Assembly: GCF_030144855.1 (NCBI RefSeq)
Contig: NC_082726.1
Location: 31,682,001 to 31,746,000 of the forward strand
From: Hypanus sabinus
Lineage: Eukaryota
Reading direction: 5' to 3'
Length of the DNA stretch: 64,000 nucleotides
Shown: piece after piece, positions 25,170-37,700 of the stretch
How positions within the stretch are numbered: position 1 is the stretch's first letter
Layout: each line of letters opens with the position of its first letter
Translations under genes and position numbers: made by a program
The notes under the pieces: model-generated
Databases searched by the model: none
Told to the model about the DNA's origin: nothing
The model's input: the letters and a program-made list of their open reading frames with translations, nothing else

Positions 25170-26570
25170 GTCACTTGTAGAAATGATTTTCCCTTTTCTC
25201 AGATCCTCTGTCTCTCTTACATCTGTTTTCAGAATGAGGTTTCCATTCCAGATTATCTGAGATGTGCCCCTGCTTCAAAGAACAGGGTTTCCCTTCCTCC
25301 AACACTGACGCTTCCCTCATCCAATTGTCCTTAATTTCCTGGGCATCCATCCTCAACCCATCTTCCCAGGAGTAGAATTCCCTTGTCCTTACCTAACAAC
25401 CACGAGCCTCCGCATCCAGCACCTCATTTTCTCTAATTTCTGCCAACTTCAATGGGATTCTACCACTAGACACGTCTTTTTCTTCCCCCCACCCTCACTC
25501 TTCTTTCTATCAGGATTGCTCTCTACACGACTTCCCTTGTCCACTCATCCCTCCCCACTGATCTCACTCCTGGCACTTATCCCTGTAAGCATGACAGGTG
25601 TTACATCAACCCCTTGACCCCCTTTTCTCACTATAATTCAGACCCCACACAGTCCTTCCAGCTGAGGTGACACTTAAACTGCAAGTCTGCCAGGGTCTCC
25701 TACTGTGTATGGTGCTCCCGGTGTGGCTTCCTTCGTCTCAGTGAGATTTGATGTGGATTGGGAGACTGCTTCATCGAGCACCTTTGCTCTGTCCACAGAA
25801 GTGAAAAGGTTTCTCATAGCCACCTATTTTAACTTTATTTCACTTTCCTATTCCAACGCGTTGGTTCACGGCCTCCTCTACTGCCACTATGAGCTCTCTC
25901 CCAGGTGGAGGAGGTGTTGCTATCTGGTTAGCCTCAAACCTGATGGCATGAACTTTGATTTCTCTAACTCTTTGTAATTTACCCCTGGCCCTCTCTTCTT
26001 CCATTCCCCATTTGGGCTCCCCTCTTACCTCCTTCTCTTTTCCTCATCTGTCGATCACCCCCCTCTGGTGCTCTTCCTCTTTCGCCCATTGTCCACTCTC
26101 CTCTCCTATCAGATTTCTTCTTCTTCAGCCTCCTGTGGGCAAGGAATTTGTACGTTTTCCCGTGACCACGTGGGTTTGTTCTTGGTGCTCCTGTTGCCTC
26201 CTGTGGAAGGGTAATTGGCCATTGTAGATTGTCCTGTAATTAGGCTGGAATTAAATTGAGGGATTGCTGCGTAGCCTGGCTCAAGGGGCTGGAAGGGCCT
26301 ACTTGCACTGTATCTTAATAAATAAATAAATAAATAAATAAATAAATCGCCTCCCGGGTTCCCACTTCATCCCCTATTCGCTACTCATCCACCTTCGCTC
26401 TCACCTGGTCTCACCTATCACCCACCAGCTTGTACTCCTTCCCTTCCCCCCACCTTCTTAATCTCGCTTCTTCCTTTGCAGTCCTGATGAAGGGTCTCAG
26501 CCCGAAATGTCGACTGTTTATTCCTCTCCATAGATACTGCCTGACCTTCTGAGTTCCTCCAGCATGTTGC
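25170..26570 (+). mobile_element. Penelope-like element 3' part (degenerate GIY-YIG region and terminal repeat), interrupted by a SINE fragment with a (TAAA)n tail
   Basis: Remnants of SFQ.R..F.C.S.GV.YC..CSRCG and HFN...HS; terminal repeat with CTGATGA...GAAA. Homologous to 31470-33190 and 40960-41680. Confidence 0.75.
26479..26516 (+). ncRNA. Minimal type I hammerhead ribozyme motif in Penelope-like terminal repeat
   Basis: CAGTC-CTGATGA-A-GGG(TCTCAG)CCC-GAAA-T-GTC-GACTG: stem I CAGTC/GACTG, both core boxes, stem II GGG/CCC, GUC cleavage triplet. Confidence 0.7.
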
Positions 26571-26877
26571 TGTGGTCATATAGACAGTGTGTCACCCGTT
26601 GTTGTTTGGTCTAAATCTAGGAAATTCCCACTCACAGGATTACCCTCATCAGGACTGCTGTGATTCAATAAGGTGACTCGCACCCACCTTCTCAAGGACA
26701 GTTAAGGGTGGGCAGTCAATCCTGGCCTTCTGGTCCTGAGTAAAAAAAAAATAAGAGGCCAGCACCCTGGGGTGCAACATTCACATCTGGGGCTGGGTCA
26801 CTTCCACTAGTCACTCTCAGCTGGTGTCAGAAGTCCAGTATCTGCATCCCAACTGATTGTTTTCTCTCTTCACTCAG

Positions 26878-26945
26878 GTACATCTAGAAGATCTCGGCAG
26901 TTTGGTACATTTCCGGGCAACTACGTAAAGCCATTAAATTTGTAG
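26878..26945 (+). CDS. SORBS1: SORBS1 last coding exon (GTSRRSRQFGTFPGNYVKPLNL*)
   Basis: Acceptor ttttctctcttcactcAG, TAG at 26943-26945. Matches the SORBS1 C-terminus TSRRTKQFGTFPGNYVKPLYL. Confidence 0.97.
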
Positions 26946-28385
26946 AGCCAGGCTTCACAGTGAACTTTCGATGAAACAACTCTCCAGCGACACTTGTGGA
27001 GGTTCTTTCAGCTGTTGAATGAACTGAGCAGCACATCAGAGTCTGCAGCCTGGCATAAACATTCTGCTTACAGTATAAAGTGTCTTTCCTTCACTGAACA
27101 AAATTGGGACGCACTGAGCAAGCGAGAAGGGATGAGTTGTACGTGAGCTTAGGGTGTGAGATAGCTGACTGTGGATGTTTATCGGCCGTGTGGGCTCAGC
27201 AGCAGGTGGGTTCAGGGGTTCCCCTTTGCAAAGGGGAAGTCGATCGCCCGTGCTGAGTGAAAGCCTGATCTCCCTTCGTCCCTCCTACCCACAGATTGAG
27301 CGCTACGGCCGCCAAGTTATCGATTAGAGATTCCGTGGGAATTTGGAGGGGTGAGCAGTCGACTGTATGATGGGGAACGGTGTGGTTAGAAGAGGGTCTG
27401 GTATTTACTGGGCTCTGACTTCACTAATGATGACACTGAAATGGAAATTCGACCAGAACAGTTTACAATCAATAGGCTCCATTTATTGGCCCAATGCAGT
27501 GTTTACCCTCTAATCACCAACAGTAGCCTCTCCCTTTCCACTCTGTAATTATTTTGAATTGCTTTAGTAAGAAACCTAACACACATAAGTGACTAAACCT
27601 CATTCCCCAGCTAGGAAGACGTCACCCCTTGCAACAAATTACCACAGCTAAGTCTTTGGGCTGATGCTTAGATAGAATGAGTTTCTTTAACATATCTGTT
27701 AAGTTGATAACAGTCACTTTGAGCTGCAACATTTCATAATACTTTCAGCTTCACAATCTATAAATAAAAAAATATATATTTTTTAAAGAAAAAGCACACC
27801 TTTCCCCCCACCAAAGGGAATTAACCATTGCTGGGATAAAGCTTTGTGTAAATATGTACATTTGATTTTTGTATAAAAAATGTGTACTTATCTTGTATAG
27901 AAAATAATTTAACAAAAGGAATTTAAATGGTGGACTGAAAGCAGAGAAACACTCCACAGAGCTCTTTAGTTTTACTGTTTATCTGAAAGAAATGGAGCTC
28001 GGTACAACAAACCCAAGGGAAAAGCTTGGCAAAACCTAGCCCATGAAAACTTTTTGTTTAAAACAACACCAGCCACTGGGGAATTTCCTTCTCATCTTAT
28101 TTTAGGAAATTCAACAGCAAAACCACTTTGCTTTTTCTTTTAAAGTCCAGAAATACAGCAGTAGATGACTGGGACTACAGTAGCCCTGCTGTATGTAATC
28201 AAACACTATCATGCCTTATATTTACCATAATTTTGTGAGCTACAGGTCTTTATAACCAGACATCTTGTGTTGAGCTATTTTTCTTTTTGCAGTGCTTCAT
28301 GATTCGATAAAAGATAAGAGCCTTTATTTACTGCTGTGGTTGCAAAATGCAATATTTAATAAACTTTATTCAAGCCACATGTGCC
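26946..28385 (+). other. SORBS1: SORBS1 3' UTR (approximate end)
   Basis: Repeat-free sequence, AU-rich distally, with AATAAA at 27763-27768 and 28358-28363 and a Pumilio-type TGTAAATA at 27847-27854. Confidence 0.65.
28358..28363 (+). terminator. Probable SORBS1 polyadenylation signal
   Basis: AATAAA at the end of the AU-rich UTR, followed by GT/T-rich sequence. Confidence 0.6.
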
Positions 28386-29978
28386 TTAGTACTTCTTAGT
28401 GTCTCTCATGCTCAACTGCATCATGGAGGCAGTCGTTGGGATGGCTGGGCCTGGGCTGTTGTTTATTGAGTCAAACCCCTTTCATTTCCCCAAGTCCTAC
28501 TAATGTTTTCCATTGCATATTTAGCAACTTCTCTTTTGAAATTCACTGTTGGATCTGCTTCTGCTATCTTCCTGAAGCACTGCATTCCACATCATTACGA
28601 TTGCCACTTGAAAAAGTAATAGTTCATGCCAGATTTGGTTCTTCTGCTGGTCAACTTGAGTCTGCATCGAATTATACAAGTACTGTGGGGGCTGGAAAGC
28701 CTCTGCTGGTCTTAACAGTGAGATCATCCTCCTTGCCAGCAGATACAGTATCTTCCTGTTAACACTATTTAAACTGTTGTTTGACATCTGTATGAAACTA
28801 TCTGTTTGGATGGCACACAGTCAAAGTTTTTCCACTGTATCTCAGTGCGTTTGACGATAATATACCAGTAACCACTTTCACCAGACCAATACTAACCTTG
28901 CCTTTTGCCAGCGTCATGGGGGCACAAGAAATCATTGAGGCTGGAGTCCCGAGCAGCACAAGATGCTGGATTAACACCACCTTGCCTGATCCACTTGAGT
29001 TCTTTCAGCATCTTGTTCCGTTGAATGCTGCTCCTCCAGGATCCCGTGTTTTCCAAGAACAACCCTTCTTCTCCCGTCTCTATGTGATCATTACTGATAC
29101 CATTCTAACAAATCTCGCTCCTTTCTGGAGACACAGAGATGAAGTCTCGATGAATCTGCTCAAATGCAGAGTTTTGACCTGAAACATCAGCTGTCCATTT
29201 CCCTCCATGGATGCTGCCTAACCTGCCAAGTTCCCCCAACATCTTGTTGCTTCCTTCCATCATTCACTGGAAAATGGTTGTACTACTAGTTGAGGCCTGA
29301 ATAGTGAATTATAAAGACTTCAATTAGCTTTATATCTATATTGCACAGAATTCCTCAATTAATAAAAGTAAAGATCTTATTCACTTGAACAACATTTTCA
29401 AACTGTCTAGCCACAGTCAAAGACTAACGCACACTCACCACCGGGGTTCTTATTCCTACAGTCTCTTTAAAATCTATCATTCATAAGGACATTGTCTGGA
29501 CTGGAGGGTGTGCTATATGCAGAGACTGGATAGGCTGGGGCTTTTGTCCTTGAAGCATAGGAGGCTGATAGGTGACCTTATAGAGTTAAATAAAATGGAT
29601 GTGCAGTCGTTGTCCAAGGGCAGGGGAGTTTAGAAATAGGGAACACAGGTTATTTTCTTAATATAGATGTAGACCGTGGTAATAGGCACAGTCTAATGAG
29701 ACCATGCTCCCATTTACACTCATGTGACCTATTAACCAACATGTCTTTAGCATGTGGGAGGAAGCCAGAACACCTGGAGGAAAATAATGGGATCATGGGG
29801 AAAATGCACCAATTCTTTGTGGGAGAAATGAAGTCGAGCTGCTGACACAGTAATTGTGTTACGCTAACCTCTATGCTACTGTGGTGCCCCGCAGAGGAGA
29901 GAAGACACATCAAAGGAGGAACTGAAATGCAGCTTTTTCGCATACACTGTGGTGGTTTTATGGAACAAGTTGCCAGAG

Positions 29979-30556
29979 CAGTGAGGAGGAGTCGGTGACC
30001 CACCTCTTTGCACACAGTGGGTTCGCGGAGAAGGTGTGGAGGAGGATGGAAGGGACAGTGTCGAGGTTCATCCCCAGCAGCTGCTGACAGAGGACTGTCT
30101 GATCTACGGGCTGTTCCCGGGGACGCACACCGAGACCAACATCCGGTGCTGCTGGCAGATCATCAGCTCGGTGAAAGACGCTCTTTGGTCGGCCCGAAAC
30201 TTGACGGTCTACCAGCATATGGAGATGTCCATGGGGGAATGCTGCCGACTGGCAAATTCTCGGCTGTAGGAGTACGTGCTGAGAGACGCACTCAGACTCG
30301 GTGCAGCCACCACAAGGGCCCAGTGGGGAAGGACCACAGTCTAGGGTTCTTCTCCTGTGGGAGTTGAGGGGTAGGGGGGTGGGGTGTATACCCCTCAACA
30401 AGGGTATGTAAATATGGAATAACAGAGTGCCACATGAGTGGCTAAAGTGTGGAAATGTAAAGACTGTAATAGAAACATTTGTAAAGGACTGAGAGTCATT
30501 GAATGGTTTCTTGTATATAATTTTATTTTTGAATAAAGTATATTTTGATTAAAAGA
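29979..30556 (+). mobile_element. 5'-truncated Tx1/L1-clade non-LTR retrotransposon
   Basis: ORF2 C-terminus remnant (EESVTHLFAHSGFAEKVW...LIYGLFPG...KDALWSARN), AATAAA and A-rich tail; 12-bp TSD AAGTTGCCAGAG (29967-29978 and 30557-30568) inside a CR1 fragment. Confidence 0.85.
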
Positions 30557-31433
30557 AAGTTGCCAGAGGAAGTGGTAGAGGCAGGTACAATGATGTTTAA
30601 AACACATTCAAATGGATAGAAAGATAGGAAAGGTTTAGTTGGATATGGGACAAATGAAGGAAAGTGGGACTAGCTCAGGTTGGTTAGCATGGAGAGGTTG
30701 GGCTAAAAGGCCTATTTCCGCTTGTATAACTGCTGTTGACCCTTTGGCCCAAACATTCGATACCAACCACAATAGCACAGTCTTCTATGGGGTGGTGTGC
30801 TGGGGCAATGACATCAAACGGGCTCAATAAACTGTTTAGAAAGGCTGGTTCTGTTATCGGAGTCAACCTGGACACACTGGAGGCTGTGGTAGAACAAAGT
30901 ACACTCTGGAAAATCCTGGCAGTTCTGGACAATGTTTCTCACATTCTGCATGCCACCTTGGCTGAACAGAGGAGCACTTTTGCAATAGACTAAGACAATT
31001 GTGCTGCTCCAAAAAGCGCTTTATGAGGTCATCCTTACCCCTGGCTATTAGGCTCTGTAATGAGTCAACCTATAGCTGGGGAAATTACGACTCCCTCCTG
31101 TGATACTTTTCATGGTAATTTTTTTTTCTACTTTTCTTCTAATATTTTTATCTGTGCACTTGTAATGCTACTGTGACACTGTAAGTTTCCTTTGGGATCA
31201 ATAAAGTACCTGTCCTCCCTGCTGAGTATTTGTGTTATTATTTCCCACATTATTCCTATAAACTTTAATCAGTTTAATTTTCTGCTGCCACATGCTTAAA
31301 TATTTCTGCAGACTACATTCTAATCCCTGCCTCCCTAATTCTTGTTAGATTTCAAGTTCCGTCTAGTCCGTAAAAGTTGCTTTTGGCTCCGGCGCACTGT
31401 TGAACTGCACTAAGATTTTGCTGAGTTATGGAG

Positions 31434-31452
31434 TGCCACCAGGTGGCAGCAC
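31434..31452 (+). promoter_or_regulatory. Candidate CTCF binding site
   Basis: TGCCACCAGGTGGCAGCAC closely matches the CTCF core consensus CCASYAGRKGGCRS. Confidence 0.6.
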
Positions 31453-31469
31453 ATGATATGCAATAGACG

Positions 31470-33190
31470 GAATAAACACGGGATTCTGTAGATGCTGAAA
31501 ATCAAGAGCATCGCGCACGAAATGCTGACGGAACTCGGGAGATCGAGTAGTGTGCGTGGAAGTGAACAAACAGTTGATGTTTCAGGCTGAGACCCTTCGT
31601 CAGGACCGGAAAGGAAGGGGGAAGAAACCAGAATAAGAAGGTGGGGGAGGGGGAGGACGACAAGCTTGAAGGTGATGGGCGAACTCCAGGAGAGGTGGAA
31701 GGTGGAGGGAATGAATTAAGAAGCTTGGAGGTGTTAAGTGGAAAAGGCAAATGGTTGGAGAAGAAGGAATTGATAGGAGAATGACTCGTGGAAGAAAGGG
31801 CGGAGGAGGGGCACCAGGTGATAGGCAGATGAGGAGAAGCCGGAGTGGGGAAATTAAGAAGAGGGAATTGGGAGGGGGGAAATCTTTAATGGAAGTTGGA
31901 GAAATCGATGTTCATGCCATTAGATTTTAGGCTACCTAGGCAGAATATGAGGTTTTGCTTTTCCAGCCCGAGACTGACCTCATCTTGACAGAAGAGGAAG
32001 CCATGGACAGATATGTTGGAATGTGAGGATATGAATTGAAATGGTTGGCCACTGGGAAATTCCACTTTATGGAGATGGAGCTGAGGTGCTTGACAAAGCA
32101 GCCCCCCAAATCTACATTGGGTCTTACCAGTGTAGAGGGGGCCACACCAGGAGCACTGGATACTGTAGATCACATGTGAGTGTTACCTCACCTGGAAGGA
32201 CTGTTTGAGGCCCTAAGTGGAGGTGAATGCAGGGATAAGTGCCAGGAGGGAGATTGGTGGACAAGGAAATCATGGGGGGAGCAGCAATCCCTAAGGGAAG
32301 CGGAGTGTGTGGGGAAGTAAAGACATGTTTAGTGGTAGTGTCCCATTGAAGGTGGTGGAAGCTGCAAAGAATGCTGTGTTGGATGCAGAGGATTATGGGA
32401 TGGTAGGTGAAGATGAGAGGAACTCTTAGCACTGTCAATAAAATAGAGACAGTACAGAGGAGATTTACTGGAATGTTACCTGGGTTTCAGCACTTAATTT
32501 ACAGAAAAACGTTGACCAAGTTAGGTCTTTACTCTTTGGAGCGTAGAAGGTTGAGATGGGGACTTGATAGGGTTATTTAAAATATGAGGGGGACAGATAG
32601 AGTTGATGTGGATAGGCTTTTTCCATTGGGAGTAGGGGAGATTCAACAAGAGGACATGAGTTGAGAGTTAGGGGGCAAAAGTTTAGGGGTAACACAAGGG
32701 GGAACTTCTTAACTTAGAGAGTGGTAGCTGTGTGGAACAAGCTTCCAGTAGAAGTGGTAGAGGCAGGTTCGATTTTGTTATTTAAAAAAAAAATTGGATA
32801 GGTATATGGACAGGAAAGGAATGGAGGGTTATGGGCTGAGTGCAGGTCGGTGGGACTAGGTGAGAGAAAATGTTTGGCACGGACTAGAAGGGGCGAGATG
32901 GCCTGTTTCTATGCTGTAATTGTTATATGGTTATATGGCTAAGGAGGTGGGAAGATGGGGGGGAGCATGAATGTCCGGGAAATGAAGAAGATGTGGGTGA
33001 CGGCAGCATCAGTAATGGAGGAAGGGAAACCCCACTCTTTGAAGAAGAAGGACATCTCTAATATTCTGGATAGGAAAGCCTCATCCCGGGAACAGATGTG
33101 GCAGAGATGATGCAGCTGAGAAAAGGAAGTGACAGGATGGGAAGAGGTATGACCAAGATAGCTGTAGGAAAAGATATCAGAAGGCAAGGA
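31470..33190 (-). mobile_element. Penelope-like element fragment, with a + strand CR1 3' end inserted at ~32437-32938
   Basis: ORFs 31886-32173 and 31936-32145 give GIY-YIG-like IYSIQCSWCGPLYTGKTQCRFG and PVANHFNS; terminal repeat with hammerhead motif at ~31570-31607. Confidence 0.8.
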
Positions 33191-33409
33191 TGTTGACACC
33201 ACATCCCACATCCTATATGTAGCCTTCTTACATTGCCCCTCGTAGACTAAGGACAATAGTTTGAAGTTGGCCCATCTGTACTCTCTTGTGTCTCATCAGG
33301 GATCCTGCAGCTTCAAGGTGAAATGCAACAGCCTTCAAGCATCCAGACCTTAGCCACACAAGGGAGATTGTGATCTGGAAGAACTGTCCTGGGTCTAAAA
33401 TGCAAGTAT

Positions 33410-34030
33410 CATTATAGAGAAAGCACAGCAGTACCTCCATTAGAAGTTTCCAAAGATGCAGCATGTCCTCTAAGACTTAAACAAGTATCTATAGATACAC
33501 AATGGAGAGAATACTGACTTGTTACATCACGGCCTGGTATGGAAACACAAATGCCCTTGAACGGAAAATCCCACAAAAAGTAATGGATTCGGCCCAGTCC
33601 ATTGTGGGTGAAGCCCTCCCCACCATTGAGCACATCTACATGGAGCATTATCACAGAAAAGTAGCATCCATCGTCAAGGATCCCACTATATAGGCCTTGC
33701 CCTCTTCCCACTGTTGCCATCAGAAGGACTCACATCACGAGGTTCAGGAACAGTTATTGCCCTTCAAACAATGGGCTCTTGAACCAAAGGGGATAACTTT
33801 TCTCGCCCCAACACTGAACTGTTCCTACGGACTCATTTTCAAGTACCCTTCATTATATGTTCTTGATATTTATTGTTTGCTTATTTATTTATTTATTAAT
33901 TATTTGGGGTTTTTTTCTGTATTTACGCAATTTGTTTTCTCTTGCGAATTGTTTGTTAGTCTGTTGTGTTGTGTGTGGTTTTTCATTGATTCTATTGTGT
34001 TACTGTGAAAGCCTGTAAAAAAAATCAATG
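33410..34030 (+). mobile_element. Rex1/Babar-like LINE 3' fragment
   Basis: ERILTCYITAWYGNTNALERK..QKV..SAQSIVG..LP.IE is a typical ORF2 C-terminus. Confidence 0.8.
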
Positions 34031-34556
34031 CTTTGATTCCAAGATCTCTCTGTAGAACTACACTATAAAGGGGTCTGCCATTGACAATATGTTGTCCCAT
34101 TATATTTGTTCTCCCAAAGTCCAAAACCTCATAGTTGGCTGAATTGAACTCCATCTGTCATTTCCTTGCCCATTTCTGTAACTGATCTGTATTCCATTGT
34201 ATCCTTTGGCAATCTTTACATAGTTTGTGAATTTGTGCTACTTCTTAAATATGTAAATATACAAGTCCTAGTACGATCCCTGCCAAACATTAGTAGTCAT
34301 TTACCTACTGCCAGAAAATATCACATTGACCGTTATCCTTTATCTTCTATAGGCAAACCAACGTCAAAACACATCAACTGGTATTTAAAATATTCTCAAA
34401 ACACGAGTGTTGTTCATGCAAGTTCTTTAGAGCAAAATTAAGTGTCTTATTGTGCTGACATACAGCAGGTTGCACTGCTGTGGCAGCTACTGCCTGCTGC
34501 TGAGACCACACTTGGACTATTTTGTACAGTTCTGGTCACCTAGCTACAAGAAGTAT

Positions 34557-34797
34557 TGTAGCGGTGTGCTGCACGCAGCACTAAAATAACGACACGGAGT
34601 CGGTAAACTGCAATTAAAGATGATTTTATTCGAACTTCCCAGCCTTGCTTTTAAAGCCTCCCTCATCCTGCCCTCCCCGGGCGCGGATGTTCCAAGGGAC
34701 ACGTACTCACAAACCCCCGCAGGCTTACCTGGCCTTTGTGCCTGCACACTGGCTATTTGTGAGCCGGTTCAACTACACTAGGAAGTGGATTGCCACA
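34557..34797 (-). repeat. 3' LTR (241 bp) of CsRn1-like Gypsy
   Basis: Direct repeat of 38434-38691 with ~10 substitutions and a 17-bp deletion (counted by eye). Confidence 0.95.
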
Positions 34798-34799
34798 TA

Positions 34800-37700
34800 A
34801 CCCCCCCCCCCCAAGAACCGGCGATACACCCCCCAATGTCCACAGTCTGGGCCGGAACCTGTTTGGGAGGTCGGCCTCTGCGCTGCGGTGCCAGAAACTC
34901 GACTGGTTGCGCCAGGTCCACATGGGCCTGTTTGAGTCGGTCCACCGTGAAAACCTCCTCTCTCCCCCCAACGTCCAGCACAAACATAGACCCGTTGTTC
35001 CTGATCACCGTAAATGCCCCTTGTAGGGCCGTTGCAGCGGTGGCCAATGCCTGCCTCTTACAGTTCTGCAGATCTTTGGGTACACAGGTCAGGTTCTGCC
35101 CGTGCTGTGAAGTGGGTATGGGGGCCAAGTCACCGAGCCTCTCGCGTAGTCTGCCCAGGACTGCTGCGGGTTCTTCCTCTTGCCCCCTTGGGGCTGGTAT
35201 GAACTCCCTGGGGACCACCAGGGGTGCGCCGTACACCAACTTGGCCGACGAGGCGTGCAGATCGTCTTTGGGCACCGTGCGGATGCCGAGTAGGACCCAG
35301 GGAAGCTCATCCGCCCAGTTAGCTCCTCGCAGGCGGGCCATGAGAGCCGATTTAGGTGACGGTGGAAATGCTCCACTGGTCAGTTCAACTGTGGGTGGTA
35401 GGCAGTGGTGTGGTGCAGCTGAGCCCCCAAAAGGCTGGCCACAGCTGACCACAGGCTGGAGGTGAACTGGGCGCCTCTGTCGGAGGTAATGTGGGCTGGT
35501 ACACCAAAGCGGGACACCCAGGTGGCGATCAGTGCCCGGGCGCAATATTCGGAGGTGGTGTCGGTGAGCGGGATCGCCTCTGGCCATCTTGTGAACCGGT
35601 CCACGATAGTCAGGAGGTGCTGCGCTCCACTCGACACTGGCAGGGGGCCCACGATATCCACATGAATGTGGTCGAAACGCCGGTGGGCGGGATGGAACTG
35701 CTGCGGTGGGGCTTTGGTGTGCCGCTGCACCTTGGCCATCTGGCAGTGCATGCACGTTCTGGCCCATTCACTGACCTGCTTGCGGAGTCCGTGCCAAACA
35801 AACCTGCTGGAGACTATCCGGACGGTTGTCTGGATGGAGGGGTGCGCCAAGTTATGAATGGAGTCGAAAACACATTGCCGCCAAGGTGCCGGGACGATGG
35901 GACGGGCCTGACTGGTGGCAACGTCACAGAGTAGGGTCCTCTCACCCGGGCCTACGGGGAGGTCCCGGAGATGCAAACCGGAGACTGCGGTTCTGTAATT
36001 CGGGATCTCCTCATCTGCCTGCTGCGCCTCTGCCAGCACCTCAAAGTCTACCCCTTGGGAAAGGGCATGAATGTTAGGGCGAGAGAGTGTGTCTGCCACG
36101 ACATTGTCCTTACCCGAGACGTGCCGGACATCCGTCGTGTATTCAGAGATGTAGGACAGATGGCGTTGCTGGAGGGGCAACCAGGGATCGGACACCTTCG
36201 TGAACGTAAAGTTAAGCGGTTTGTGGTCCGTGAACGCGGTGAAGGGCCTACCTTCTAAGAAGTACCTGAAATGCCAGATTGCCAGGTAGAGCGCCAACAG
36301 TTCCCGGTCGAAAGCACTGTCTTTGAGCTCGGGTGACTGCAGGTGTTTGCTGAAAAACGCCAGGGGTTGCCAGTGACCCGCGATGAACTGCTCCAGTACC
36401 CCACTGACTGCCGTGTTAGATGCGTCCACTGTGAGGGCGGTAGGGGCGTCCATTCTGGGGTGCACTAGCATCGCGGCGTTCACCAAAGCTTCCTTCGTTT
36501 GAACGAAAGCGGCGGCAGACTCCTCGTCCCAGGTAATGTCCTTGTCCGGACCCGACAGCAGGGCGAACAGGGAGCGCATGATCCGGGCAGCTGAAGGGAG
36601 GAAGCGGTGGTAGAAATTGACCATACCTACGAATTCCTGAAGGCCTTTGATCGTGGTGGGTCAGGGGAAATGGCGGACTGCATCTACCTTAGCGGGCAGA
36701 GGGGTTGCCCCGTCGTTAGTAATCCTGTGGCCCAGAAAGTCAATGGTGTCGAGCCCAAACTGGCATTTGGCCAGGTTGATTGTCAGACCATATTCACTCA
36801 GCCGGGCATAGAGTTGACGGAGGTGGGACAGATGCTCCTGACGACTGCTGCTGGCTCTGAGGATGTCGTCCAAATAGATGAATGTGAAGTCCAGGTCCCG
36901 TCCCACCGTGTCCATCAGCCACTGGAACGTCTGTGTGGCATTCTTCAGGCCGAATGGCATACGAAGGAACTCGAAAAGGCTGAACGGGGTGATGAGAGCC
37001 GTTTTGGGGATGTCGTCCGGATGCATCGGGATTTGATGGTATCCTCGGATGAGGTCTACCTTGGAGAAGATCCGTGCGCAGTGCAAGTTTGCTGCAAAAT
37101 CCTGAATGTGCGGCACAGGGTAGCGGTCTGGTGTGGTAGCCTCGTTCAGCCTGCGGTAGTCGCCGCACGGTCTCCAGCCCCCGTCGCTTTGGGCACCATG
37201 TGCAGCGGGGAGGCCCATGGGCTGTCGGACCGCCGGATGATCCCCAATTCCTCCATCCTCTGGAACTCCTCCTTCGCCAGTCGGAGCTTGTCCGGGGGAA
37301 GCCGCCGAGCACGGGCATGGAGGGGTGGTCCCTGGGTCAGGATGTGGTCCTGTACGCCGTGTCGGGGCATGGCTGCCATGAACTGCGGTGCCAGAACCGA
37401 TGGGAAATCCGCCAGGACCCTGGTGAAGTCGTTGTCGGACAGCGTGATGGAGTCGAGGTGAGGGGCTGGCAACTGGGCTGCACCCAGGCAGAACGTCTGA
37501 AAGGTCTCGGCGTGGACCAGTCTCTTCCTGGGCAGGTCGACCAGTAGGCTGTGAGCCCGCAAAAAATCCGTACCCAGAAGCGGTTAGGCTACGGCGGCCA
37601 GTGTGAAGTCCCACGTGAACTGGCTGGAGCCGAACTGTAGCTGCACCTGACAGGTCCCATAGGTCCCGAAGGCCAGCTGCCGTAGCCATCAGCAGCGGCT
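34800..37700 (-). pseudogene. pol: pol (PR partly deleted, RT, RNase H, IN), frameshifted
   Basis: Split over ORFs 37146-37562, 36661-37782, 35380-36624 and 34778-35767: WRPCGDYRRLN, YLDD, TVDAS..., HHCC zinc finger, HVDIVGP, TSDRGAQF. Confidence 0.9.
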
